From Gracilinanus agilis (taxonomy: Eukaryota), in the NCBI RefSeq assembly GCF_016433145.1, contig NC_058131.1:611962698-612026697 (forward strand): a DNA stretch of 64,000 nucleotides. Direction: 5' to 3'. Both the position numbers and the translations under genes were made by a program. Below the pieces are notes generated by a model, which ran no database searches, was not told the origin of the DNA, and was given only the letters and a program-made list of their open reading frames with translations. This document shows positions 37,137 to 49,027 of the stretch, piece after piece (position 1 is the stretch's first letter; the number at the start of each line of letters is the position of its first letter).

Positions 37137-37289
37137 CTTCTTCATCAGCATCCACTCGCCAGTAACACGGTCTCGCACTCGGAACCAATGGTTGCTGAGC
37201 TGGGCAGTGACAAAGAAGTGGCGGCCCAAGGAGTAGTAATAGAAGAGGTTGGAGCCAGGGAATGCCATGCCTAGCTTCCGGCCATTCCT
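37137..37289 (-). CDS. Unnamed gene, kinase-like subdomains I-II exon
   Basis: Long pyrimidine tract CTGTAG|, donor AAG|GTAAGA; 153 nt phase 0-0; RNGRKLGMAFPGSNLFYYYSLGRHFFVTAQLSNHWFRVRDRVTGEWMLMKK; CpG-retaining. Confidence 0.85.
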
Positions 37290-37484
37290 CTACAGAGGGA
37301 GAGAGAAAGAGAGAAACAGGTGGGGATGGAGGGAGAGACAAAGGGATGGGGACAAGCAGACATATCCATACAGATTGAGACAGAATGATGGAGGGAGGGA
37401 ATGAGAAAGGGGGAGGAATGTGAGTCATGAAAGACAGAGAAAGGGAAACACACACACACACACACACACACATTTATATACTGT

Positions 37485-37740
37485 CAGGAGCTGCTAGATG
37501 GCACAGTGGATAGAGTACTGGGTCCGGAGTCAGGAATGTACACCTACCTGAGTTCAAATCTGGCCTCAGACACTTACTAGCTTTGGGATCCTGGGTAAGT
37601 CACTTAACCCTTTTGCTTCAGTTTCCTCATCAGCAAAATGAGCTGAAGAAGGAAATGGCAAAGCACCCTAGTATCTCTGTCAAGAAAACCCCAAATGAGG
37701 TCAATAAAGAGGGAGACATGATGGAAAATGGACCGACCAA
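37485..37740 (+). mobile_element. MAR1-like SINE
   Basis: GAGCTGCTAGATGGCACAGTGGATAGAG head through GAAGGAAATGGCAAAGCACCC tail. Confidence 0.85.
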
Positions 37741-38864
37741 AAATATATGGAGAGAAAAGGGAGGGAGGGAAGAAAAGAGAAAGAAAGAGGAGAAACTGAG
37801 AGACAGACAAAGGCAGAGCTACCAAGAGAAAGGAGACTGGACTAATGAGGCATTTTAGGGACTGAGAGATCTCATTTGGACAATAACACGATGCAGTGAA
37901 AGCTGCACTGGGTTTGGGAGGAGGGTCTGGGCTTGCCACCTACCTGAGTACAAACTCTGTTACCTCTCTGCCCTTCGGAATTCTTGGCTATAAAATGAAA
38001 GGGTTAGACTGGATGACCTCGAAGGGAAGAAAATCCCAAATGGGTCAGGAAAAGACAGACACAACTGAAAACGACAAAATGATAACATGGATTCCAGCTT
38101 CTGAGGTTCTAGAACTGGATGATTTCTGGGAAGGACCCAACGCTGCTCAGGGGGCTGAGGGAGAAGAGGTATTTGTCCATATTAATACTAAAGCGTAAGA
38201 AGATGGATGGGTATGGAAAGGGAACATGAAGAAACAATGGGAGTTTATGATGAGAAAACTAAGTTTTAAAAAATTTCCTATTTTTTTGAAACCCTTAGCC
38301 TCCTTCTTAGAACCGATACTATATATTGGTTCCAAGGCAGAAGAGCAGTAAGGACTAGACAATGGGAGTTAAGTGACTTGCCCAGAGTCACACAGTTGGG
38401 AAGTGTCCAAGGCCACATTTGAACCCAGGACCTCCTGTCTGAAGGCCTGGTTCTCTATTACCCCTAAAACTGTCTTAAATTTTTTTAATTGTCTTAATTA
38501 AAATCTGATCTTCCACAAGAAGTTTTTCCCAGTCCCTCTCGAGTCTCATGCCTTCCCACTCTTATTTGCTTCCAACTTATCCTATATAGAGTTTGTCTAT
38601 ATATTTGTTTGCATGTTGTCTCCTTTGTTAGCTTGTAAGGTCCCTAAGGTCAGACTATTTTTTGCTTCTTTTGGTATTGGGAGAAGGCTTAACACAGGCC
38701 TGGCACATAACAGGAGCTTAATAAATGTTGACTTATTTATTGACTGCCCATCTGATCTTGTTTGTCTTCCTTGGCTAGCAAAGCTTTTCTGTTGGTGAGT
38801 GGTAAGAACTAGATGGCAGAGATTAAAAAAAAAATTTTTTTTTTTATGGCTTAGATGGATCCAG

Positions 38865-39265
38865 GGCAGCTAGGTGGACAGTGGATAGAGAGCCAACCTT
38901 GAGGTCAGGGGACCTGAGTTCAAATCTGGCCTCAGATACTTACTAGCTGTGTGACCCTGGGCAAGTCACTTAACCCTGATGGCCTCAGTTTCCTCTTCTA
39001 CAAAATGAGCTGGAGAAGGAAATGGCAAAACACTCTGGTATCTTTGCTAAGAAAACCCCAAAGGGACAGCAAGGTGGTTCAGTAGACTGAGAGCTAAGTC
39101 AAGAGATGGGAGGTCTTGGGTTCCAGTCTGGCCTCAGACATTTCCTAGCTACATGACCCTGGGCAAGTACTTAACTCCCATTGCCTAGCCCTTATTGGTC
39201 TTCTGCCTCAGAACCAATACACCATATTGATTCTAAGACAGAAGGTAAGGTTGGTTTGTTTGTTT
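38865..39265 (+). mobile_element. Two adjacent marsupial CORE-SINEs
   Basis: MAR1-like 38865-39065 directly followed by Mdo-tail SINE 39065-39265. Confidence 0.82.
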
Positions 39266-39329
39266 TTTATAAATTGGCCAACAAATAAATAAATTTTGGA
39301 GGAAGATTTTCTGGGGCCCAGGAAAATCC

Positions 39330-39545
39330 CTTTAGGAGGTATGTGGGCCAGAACAGAGGGGGTCAGATATTCAGCCCACTGGCTATATGCCCCCCTTAAC
39401 ATCCTGGAGTGCAGCCTGAATCAAATTAAAATGTAATTGGGAAATAGTTGACAAAATAAATCAAAATAGAATAAAACATAGATAATGTTAATATATGGTT
39501 TTCTACGTGGCCCTGCTGTTTCTGTTTAAGTTTGGCATAACTGAA
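39330..39545. mobile_element. Non-autonomous hAT-like (MER45-type) remnant
   Basis: AT-rich core AAAATAAATCAAAATAGAATAAAACATAGATAATG and terminal TTTCTGTTTAAGTTTGGCA. Confidence 0.4.
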
Positions 39546-40029
39546 CTAGAATAGAACCTTTCAGCAGACTAGATTTAAGCTTGGAAGTCACCCAGATTCT
39601 TCCTAAACACATTTCTGATAAGCTGTATTTTGACTAGATTTGCAATTTCATGCATGTAGGGAAATGACTGTATCATCTTCAGCAAATTATTTCCTGTTCT
39701 TTGACTTAATAGACTTAGAAAGTTGGCTGGGGGAGGCACTGAGAGGTATAAGAATTTGCCTAAGGTCACATGTGTCAGAAGCAAGACTTGAACTCAGATT
39801 TTCTGTCCCAGAAGTCAGTCCTCTATCCGCTGTCAGGACTGCTTCTCAATTTATGTTAAATTCAAATATTATTTCAGACTAATATTTTCTCTTTATAAAT
39901 AAAGATCCTTCCTCACACTCACAGATAGCAGGCTGATATGGTAAAGGTATGGATATGGTAAAGGAAAGGAATAAGAAGCCTGGAGCTACAAGCATCTTCT
40001 GGTGGCAACATTCAGATACAGGCAGGATG

Positions 40030-40242
40030 TGCTGGAAGCCACCTAATCTACCCTGCTTGTAAGCTGATTGTTAAATGTCCAGCATTTATCCCTCAGAAAT
40101 TAGCAATTACTCAGGTTTCTAGTTTTGTTGATTGTCTAAACTTAACAAAATGATAAGGATGCAGATTAAACTTAAAAGCATGTGAATATGCTGTTTCCCC
40201 ACCCAGAGAATCCAGTTGTTAAACATTTCCCAGCACACCTCT
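40030..40242 (-). mobile_element. MER63-like hAT remnant, reverse orientation
   Basis: TTTTGTTGATTGTCTAAACTTAA...ATGCAGATTAAACTT...CCAGTTGTTAAACATTTCCCAGCACAC; reverse complement of the element at 24.7 kb. Confidence 0.7.
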
Positions 40243-40815
40243 GTATGGCTCCATATAGCTTGAGCTCAGCAAGAGTATGGTAGACTGTAAGAGAAGGATG
40301 ACTGGCATTTGTAGAGAGCCTTCCATCAAATGTAGCCCCAGACACTTCCTAGCTGTGTGACTCTGGGCAAGTCACTTAACTCATGTTACCTAGCCCTTAC
40401 AGCTCTTCTGCCTTGGGACCAACACAGAGTATTGATTCTAAAACAGAAGGGAAGGGTTAAAAAAAAAAAAAGTTGGGTTAGGGGGAGCCTTCCATCCATC
40501 CTCTCTCTCATTTGAAGTCATCTCTGGATAGAGGGATCTCTGTTCCTTGAAGGGTGGCATCTGGGGCTTTAATGAGTAGGAATGACCCCAACAAAATGAG
40601 GTCCTGGCACATAGCCGGTAGTATGGACTCCCCCTTACAAGCTGAGATCAGAGACTTCACAGGCAGGGCTAGGAGCACAGACAGTCGCCTGGGAGGGAGA
40701 TCACTGCCAGGTAGGACTGAGCAGTAGATGGGGTAGGAGATGGCAGACTTCCAATAGAGGGAAGAGCCTGTCCCACGAGGTAAACCAGCCCCCAAAAACT
40801 TCCAAAGGCGCTCAC

Positions 40816-41869
40816 CATCGTAAGGAAAGCCACACGCAACCCGGAGTGTTCCTGGCTACCAGCAGTCAGGGTAAGGCCACCAGTGGTTAGGGCCAGGCCA
40901 GAGTCCAGTAGAGTGAAACTGTGGCCGTCACTGTCCAGGAAGAGGCGTCGAAGCCATTCCAGAAGCATGCAGCCCGCCTCCCTTACCTGGCGCCCATAGC
41001 TATCTTCCACAGAGGGCTTTGGGGAACTGACCCAGCACTCCTGATCTGTCTTTGGCTTTCGAAAGTCTATTTTGCAGTCTTCCCCATTTAAACTGGCTCC
41101 ACTGTCCACTGATCCAGCCTCCCCCTGTCCTGCTTCCTCTCCAGGTCCCTCTGAGGATACTCCCTCCTGCTCCTTTCCCTGGGGTTCAGCCCCTGGATCC
41201 AAGGGCTCTCCCTGCCCCCCAGGGATCACTCCTGTTGGGTCCTTCCTGATCATTACTTCCACAGGCCAGGGACAGGCCCGTGGAGGCTCCAGTGCCTCCC
41301 TGTGTAACACAGAGGAGTCACTAGGCAAGGTCCAAGGTTTATCCAGAGCCCAGGGCAGAGTAGTAGGAACAGGACCCAGTCTGGAGTCTGGGCTCAGACT
41401 GGGGGCCCCTGCCCAGGAGTGTGCTTGACCCCAGGGCTTCTCAGGTGCAGGGTCCCCCTTCAGTGGCTTCCGGTTTTCCAAGAAGATGGCCCCACTGGTA
41501 CCCAGGCTGAAGGGCAAAGTGGATGTGAGGCTCAGGGCTTTAGAGCCAAAGGTGCCAGAACTGACCCCTTCCTTCTCCTGGTCCTGTGAGGTGGGACTCC
41601 CGGGCAGTGAGGGAGCAAGCAAGGATGGGCCAAGAGTACTCTCAGTCACTGGGGTCCTCAGAGTGAGTGGATGGGAGTGCATCCCCCCGGAAGGCAACAG
41701 ATTGGCTGTGAGGTCCATGTCACTCTCCATGGTGATGGGGGAGCTGGTGTCTCTTGAGGCCGATTCTGGGCCAGGGAGGTTCAGGAACTTTGGGGACGAT
41801 GGTCCCTCTCCCAGCTCACTGTTCCCAGGTCTGGTGGGAGAGATCCCAAGTCTCTGGTGAATGGCTGCC
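40816..41869 (-). CDS. Unnamed gene, large Ser/Pro/Gly-rich exon ending ...EWLRRLFL...HSGLRVAFLTM
   Basis: Part of the 454-aa ORF 40669-42033; phase-2 acceptor ACTCCCCCTCTCCCAG| at 41870 and donor ATG|GTGAGC; 1054 nt open. 5' boundary less certain (ATG at 42033 is an alternative). Confidence 0.72.
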
Positions 41870-42191
41870 CTGGGAGAGGGGGAGTATTCCTGACTATCCC
41901 AAGGAGGACTTGGGAGAGCCTTGAAGACATTATTACTCGGGGGTGGGGGCGTTGGAGGATGAAACATCCATCTAGAGTCCAGGCTTTTGAAGCTGTGTCT
42001 CCACCCACCACCCTCCAGCCTGACATTAGTCATCCCAGCCTATGGCTCCCTGGAGCCCCTGTGGTGGGGGTTGGGGTTGGGGGAATACCCTGAGGAGCTA
42101 CCAGAGATGATTCCTAGGAAAATTCAAGGCCCCCATATTCCTGTGGGCCCTGTCCCTCTGGCTTCCTGAGGTTCAGGCTCTCACAACTCAC

Positions 42192-42243
42192 CGGTAGAAG
42201 TTGGATGGGGCATCTTGGTCTCCCTGGCTCAGCTCCTGAATCC
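42192..42243 (-). CDS. Unnamed gene, 52-nt exon (IQELSQGDQDAPSNFYR)
   Basis: Acceptor CCTCTCTCACTTGCAG|, donor CG|GTGAGT; phase 1 to 2. Confidence 0.6.
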
Positions 42244-42528
42244 CTGCAAGTGAGAGAGGCACATGATGGGACAAAAGGCCAGGATTCCCAATTTTGTGTG
42301 CTCCGTGAAGTCTTGGCCCAACTCTGGGGTCACTGGGGGAGCTTGCAGCCACCTCCCTGATCTCTCCCAGATCTCTCCCCTACCTTGTACCCCCGAGATG
42401 GGTCCCTTCCCTTTTCTCTCCCCCCTCTTGCACTCCAGTGTCCCAGGACAAGGGGGAGGGAGATCCCAGCTGTCCAAAGAAGGCTCTGAGCAGTGAGTGG
42501 GGAGGGTAGGGGAGAGGGGTGTCCTTAC

Positions 42529-42604
42529 CTCTCTCCAGGGGCTGGTTGGCCCTGGACTCAGCCAGGAAGCACCGCAGACAGCCAGATGAGGGGGGCTCCA
42601 TCAT
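42529..42604 (-). CDS. Unnamed pseudokinase-like gene, candidate first coding segment (MMEPPSSGCLRCFLAESRANQPLER)
   Basis: Strong donor AG|GTAAGG; ATGATGG with good Kozak on second ATG; phase 1 fits next exon. True start may lie further upstream. Confidence 0.5.
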
Positions 42605-44859
42605 CCCTGGGCCAGCTCCTTCTGCCTCTTCCCAGACTCTGTGGGATGGGGGAGCTGCCCAGCCTGAGCTGGGCAGTGGATGGAGGCTGACCACTTCCAC
42701 TGGCCCAGGGTAGCGGCCCTGCTAGACCCCACGAGAGGGTCTGAGAAACTTGTGTCAGGAAGTGTCAGATGGAAACTGAAAGTAAGAGAAGCATCAGGTC
42801 TGAGCATGTGCGGGCGGGGCCTGGCTGGGGGCCCAGGCTCTCCGGGTCAGGCCGGGGCCCTCCTCCCAGGAAAGCACTAGGGCAGCCAGAGCCTGTCCCT
42901 GCCCACCCCAGCCTTAGGGAGAAGGCAGGAGCCCCCCCACCCACCATGGTGCCACTGGGGCCATTTTACAGGCCTCCAAGGGGGAAGGGACAGCTCTCCT
43001 CCCCAGGCCCAGCCAGTTGAGCACTGTCTCCTGCCCCATCTGATCTAGGGCTTCCTCAATGAAGGGGGTCCTACACTCTCCCTATGGTTGGGAAGGTCTG
43101 GCCACCAAAAGGCTTTGGGAGAACCTTGACTGCTTTTGAGTGAGGATCAGAGGGTAAACAGGTGGAAGGGGCACCTGGAGCTTTTCTCTTTCCATCTCTC
43201 TCACCTATCTGTTCTCTTCTGGCTCCGTTCTGACCCTGCTGGGGCTCACATCTGAGACTGGGGGACAGGGTCCTGAGATGGGAGAGGCTAGACCAAAGAC
43301 CTCCCCCAGAATCTAAGGGGGTCACTAGGTAGGGGGAGCCAAGGTTTTTTTCCTAGGGCCCCCTATCTAGGGCTGCTGCTGTCGGTGTTCTGCTTAGATG
43401 TCCCCCACTCGGCAGTGGAAATTCCCTCTCTGCATCCCACACCATCAAAGGTCCCCTCAAGAGGTTCTGGAATCAGTTGGGGGATCCCTAGGAAATGCCA
43501 ACCCCAAATGGTCTGGTATATTAGGCATAAGGTAGGGAAAGGGGCCTTCCAACTAACACTTATTTCCTGGGGAGGCTAAGATGGAGAGCAGAATTATGGG
43601 CTCATGCTTCCTTTTAGAGGATTCCTACCCCTACCCCCAGCTAAAAAGGTTGGGGTGAGAACACAGGGTAAGAAAGGGAGAACCCCCAGATAAGTCATGA
43701 GCTCTGGGGCAGCATACCTTACTTGGGGTGGGCTTTTGGGGGCATGTAAGCCAGGGTGGGGGTGCGGTATAGGCTCTCTTGGGCCAGTGCCTCCCCCTCC
43801 AGTACCAGTGGCTTCTATTCTACTCTAGCCTGGAGTCTCCCAGAAGCTGCAGTACCTGGTCAGCCCAGCCAGGGCCATTGATAATTGGAGAAAAGGCTCC
43901 ATCCAGTCGCCAGCCTCCAAGGCAGGAGAGCCAAGGATAATGTCTGCCCTCCTGGTAATGAGGGGTCTTCAGAGTCCCTCCACCATTCTCAAGGGATGAG
44001 CAGGCCATTGCTGCTGGCCAGCAGGGGTCACTTTAGAGCTGGCCCAGAACTTGCAGACTCTGGCTAATGAGAAGGGTAGAGGAGGGTATGGAATGTACCC
44101 CATCCCCCCAGGGGGTCAGCATTTCACAGGTGTGCTGCTCCCTGGGGAATGAAGCCTATCCTTGGTGGTGATGAGGGCGGGGATGGGGAATGCACAAGGT
44201 TCCCCATCCAGGTTGGCTGGGAGTGGAAAGTGGCAGTTTTATACTGGGGAATCAATCGAGGGCCCCTCAAAGGGGAGGCCTCATCAGGGCACCTGGTCAG
44301 CATTGGGGCCCAGATCAGGGAGAACTTGTCCCCTCATAAAGGACCTTTTAAGGCTCTGGGCACTTTGATGAGCCGCATTTGGTGAGTTAGCACTGTGGTG
44401 TGAATGGGGCCACCAGCCACCTTTATGGAGGAGGGGCCCTTTTGTTCCTACCCTTTCATGCTCTGCCCCTTTGCTTCTTCCCTAAAGATAGCTCAGATTT
44501 CAGGGGCCCAAAGTTGAGGGAGTTGCGGGGGGGGGGGGTCTATTTCCTTGTTCCTGGAATTCTAGGTGTCCTGAGGAAGGGTTTGGTATGTATGGCTGCC
44601 ACCAAGCAAGATGAGGAAGAGAGAAGAGTCTTTGGTCTGCTCTCTACTTCTCCCAAAGGGCAGGGACCAACAGAAAAGGACAGATCCTCGGGAGTCCCAG
44701 AGTGATATCTTCTAGGTGGGACCCAAAGGGATAATCTCCAGTGTCCAACCTCCAGAACTCAACAAACATGTATTAAGGACCACATTGACATCCTTCTTGC
44801 CTCGCCTTCCCTGCACAGCACCTCTCATGGAATGGGGACTCAGTTGTGTGGAATGAAGA

Positions 44860-45130
44860 TGTTTGTTGATCTTTAAATAAACTTTGGTTGCACTGATATC
44901 AATCTAGAGCACAGTGCTCTGGAGTACATAGATGTGGAACCAGAGTTGGAACGTTGGACTTGGGACATTTTAATGAAGTTCAAAGGATCGTTAGTGAATA
45001 TCTAGAAAAGGGAAGAAGTAATGTCACCAAGAATAACCATGGTTTCACACAAGACCCAAACCTTACTTCCTTTTTTGATAATTATTACTAGAACGGTAGA
45101 TTCCAGAATGCTTTAGTTTATTTATATTTC
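44860..45130 (+). mobile_element. CR1/L3 remnant; further pieces near 45800-45870, 46120-46200 and 47240-47460
   Basis: CR1-like RT-region sequence fragments. Confidence 0.5.
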
Positions 45131-45194
45131 AGAAAAGTATGTGATAAAGACACCCACACCCACACACCCACCCAACATGCTATTCCTTTTTTTT

Positions 45195-45790
45195 TTTTTT
45201 AAACTCTTATCTTCTATCTTAGAATCATACTAAGTATTAGTTCCAAGGCAGGAGAGTAGTAAGGACTAAACAAACGGGGTGAAGTGACCTGCCCAGGGTC
45301 AGAGAGCTAGGCAGTGTCTGAGGTCCCATTTGAACCCAGGAGCTTCCAATTCAAGACCTGGTACTCTATCCACCAAGTTCCCTAGCTATCAGAACCTCCC
45401 CCCCCTTTTCTATTCTTAGTGACATGATAGAACATATGTGGCTAAGGCAAAGATGATGGTATTTAACACTGTGAGCACAAGAGGGAAGAAGCGTGTCAAA
45501 ACAAGGTAAGAAAAACGACTGGGGGAACTTTAGTGGGCAGCTTTCTTCATTATAAGTAAACAGGGAGACATAACAACCAAAAAAATCAAATGTTGAGGCA
45601 ACTAGATGGTTCAGTGGTTAGAGAGCCAAGGCTGGAGACAGGAGATCTTGGGTTCCATTGTGGTCTTAAGACACTTCCTAGCTGTGTGACCCTGGGCAAG
45701 TCATTTAACCCCAGTTGTCTAGCCTTTACTGCTCTTCTACTTGGAATAGATAGTTATCGATTCCAAGGCAGAAGGTAAGAATTTTTGTTT
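45195..45790. mobile_element. Two CORE-SINEs in opposite orientations (about 45195-45390 minus, 45595-45790 plus)
   Basis: Core and tail motifs as in other copies. Confidence 0.78.
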
Positions 45791-48492
45791 TTGTTTTTGT
45801 TTTTTAAAATCTAATGCCATTTTAGACTGCAGTAAGAGACATGGTATCCAGAACACAGGAAGTGAGCCACCTTCCTTCCCTTGTCAGGAGCACCTAAAGG
45901 ACTGTGGTTGGCTATGAGGAATGCTTTTTGGAGAGGATGACAACAATGACTTGAACAGAATCCCAAGATGATGATGGTGTTTGAAATAGTTGTTAATGCC
46001 TAGCCTAAGAGAAGTCTTGGGAGTGGGGAGCGGGCAGTTTTGAAATGATGGCTTCCATCTGACTACTGGAAGGAATGTCAATCAAAAGAGGGATTGCATT
46101 TTTTTTCCTCCTTGCTCTGCCCCAGAGGTAAACCTAGAACAACGGATAGAAGATTTAGACTCTATGCAAGGAAAAACCTAATTAGCTGCTCCAAAATGGA
46201 ATGGACCATCTTCACTCTATAATTAAGAAACTATCAAGCACCTACTATGTGCCTGGCACTATGCTGGGTACTGGAGATGCAAGGATTGAGTGTAAAACAA
46301 CCCCTACTTGTAAAGTGCTTACATCTGAATAGGGAAGACAGAGTTCAGTACAAAGTAGTTTGGAAGAAAGGACAATAGCAACTGGGGTTGGGGATCAGGA
46401 AGGGCTTTGTGAAGAGGCTGGAACTTAAGCAGTTTTAAAGGAAGAGAGAGACTCCTGAGGCTGAGACAAGGAGGGAGTGTGTTTCAAGGATGAGGGATGA
46501 TGGCCTAAGACAGAACCTTAGGGAACATCCACAATTAAGGGGTAACATATAGATATGATCTCTCTCACTTATTCAATCTGACCTCCTCTCCAGGACCACA
46601 TTTGGAGTTTTCTTGGTAGAGATAATGGAGTGGTTTACTGTTTCTTTCTCCAGTTCATTTTACAGATAAGGAAACTGAGGCAAACAGGGTTTAAATGACT
46701 TGCCCAGGATCACACAGCTGGTGTCGGAGACAAGACTTTGAACTTTTTTTTGACTGTTTTTGTTTTTATTCTTGGTGCCTCAACAGTTTGTTTATCCCGC
46801 ACACACTGGCCATCCCTCTTATCCTCCTGTCTGGACTCATACTCTGATTCTTGGACTCTGAGCTCTAATAGGGGAGCTTCTGCCATCCCTTGTCCCCTAC
46901 CCAATGCACCAATGAGCTGCCCTCTCTCTCATTAGGGATCTTCAAATAAAGCCTGGGTGGCCACTATTTAGGAATGTTATAGAGGCAATTCCTTATCAGG
47001 CGCTGGATTGGACTAATAGAAGATGTCCTTTGACTTTTTCTTTTTTATTAAGTATTGGTTCCAAGGCAGAAGAGAAGGGTGAGAGTATTGGGATTAAGTG
47101 ACTTGGCCAGGGTTACCCAGCTAGGAAGTATCTGAAGCCAAATTTGAACCCATTACCACTGGTCTCCAGGCCTGGCTCTCTATCCACTGAGCCATCTAGC
47201 TGCCCTTGTCCTTTAACTCCTGAGATTCAGCGTAGAGGTGGTAAAAGACAAATGCAGAGTTGCTATCTTCAGGATCAGAAGGACTATCCCAAAGGAGGTT
47301 GGACTTATTCCACGAAGCTCTAAAAAGTCAAACTAGGAACACCGGAAGGAAGTCACAGAGGAAGATTTTATTTCGACTCCAGAAAAAAGTTCCTAACAAT
47401 TAAAGCTATCCTATCATGGAAGACTGTCCAACATTAGAGGGGTTTTAGGTGGCAGATATTCTACAAATAATAACTTACATTTCTGTTGTGCTTTCAGGTT
47501 TGAAAAGAGCTTCAGTACAACCCTGAGAGGTAGACTATCTTCATTTTACAGATGGGGAAGTTGAGGCCGGGGATCCCACAAGTAGTAAATGGCAGAGCCA
47601 GCACTCACAGCCCAGGTCTTTGACCTCCAGACCAGTATTCTTCCCACTCCCCGAGTAATGCTACTCTGAAGCGACTCTGGCAGGGGGCATTCTTGAATTG
47701 AGCCAGGGATTGGATGAGGCAATTCCACTGCAAGTTTCCCAATCTCCTCTCCTGACAACTCATCTAGCATACCAAATCCAATTTTTTCCTAAAACATCTT
47801 GCTTGTCATTCATTGTTTGGAAAATGTTAACACCTCCCTATTCCTACTGCGTCATTTCACCTGTCTCTCCTCTTTTGAGGCTCTCTGTGACGGTTTAATG
47901 TTTTTCATATTCCCCCAAAGAGCTGCTCTGCTCCAACCATGCCATTCTCTTCCTGTGCTCATTAGGACTATCTCATTTCTCCTGATGTTGCCCTGTCTAA
48001 AACACCCCACTCTTCCCTCCTTCCCCCTTCATCAAGTTTTCCCTGACCACTGGAGTCCACAGGGATCTCTCCTTTCTTCAAACTCCCAGTGTACTTAGCT
48101 GATATCACATGATTTCGCCTATAATTATTCAGTTTCTTATATGTGTCTTTTCTCCCTAACCAGCACAGGAGCTCCCTAGAGGCACACAGAACCAATCTTC
48201 TCCTCCTTGTCTCCCTTACAGTTTCAGCAGAGGGCTGATAAATACATATGATGCATGGGCTAAGGAGCTTTACCACACCCCGTACCACCCCCACCCCCCA
48301 GTCCCCATCACTTGGCTTTAGAGGTTCCAATCCTTGAGTTGACCTGAGCTGACTCTGTTCCTGTCTTGGCCACTGGCATCCCAACAAACTCCCTGAAGGT
48401 GACTCGTCTTCCACATCTGGAAAATTAGGCCCAGAGAGGGAGTTGCAGGAGGCACAGATCAAAGACAGCAAAGGATATAATATCTAACAGAT

Positions 48493-48498
48493 TTTACT
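48493..48498 (-). terminator. POLL: Candidate POLL polyA signal (AGTAAA variant)
   Basis: Best hexamer I found within about 600 nt of the stop, followed by U/GU-rich sequence; no AATAAA seen there. Confidence 0.3.
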
Positions 48499-48974
48499 GT
48501 TCCCTCAGTCTCCCCTTCAAAGCATTGCTCACATTCTAGCTGGAACACCCTCTTTCTCTGCCTCTCCAGACATATAAGAAGCAAGGAAAAAGGAGAGCTT
48601 TCCATGAGGCAAGCTGACCACTTGTCAGAACCATCACCTTCTTGGCAAGAGATGCTCTGTCTTTTTGATACTTGAGTGGAAGTGGGTTGGGAGGTAGGCA
48701 TGCCTGGGTCCTCGACACAGGAAGTGGGTCAGACTGCATGACAGCCACCTGCTGCACATTAAACTGGGGCAAGGGGAGGAGCAAACCACAATAAAAACCA
48801 AAACCCAGCATAGTGCAACAGTGAGACACGAATATGGCCTGCTCGTGCAGGGGCCAATGAGCGAAAGCAATGACTCACAGTCGGAGCTCCCAGTCCAGTT
48901 AAGGATGGTGACCACACTCTGGATCTTTACCAAGCACCCTGAAGGCAAGCAGGAGGAAAGACCATGGGTAGGGG

Positions 48975-48979
48975 CGCGC

Positions 48980-49024
<45 letters not shown>
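48975..49024. repeat. Compound (CG)10(TG)15 microsatellite in POLL 3'UTR
   Basis: Read directly. Confidence 0.95.

Positions 49025-49027
<3 letters not shown>

Noticed and set aside
40669-40815. Apparent transmembrane segment at the end of the 454-aa ORF (VAFLTMVSAFGSFWGLVYLVG)
   Set aside because: A GTGAGC donor after the Met removes most of it; the spliced product continues in frame into exon 37289.
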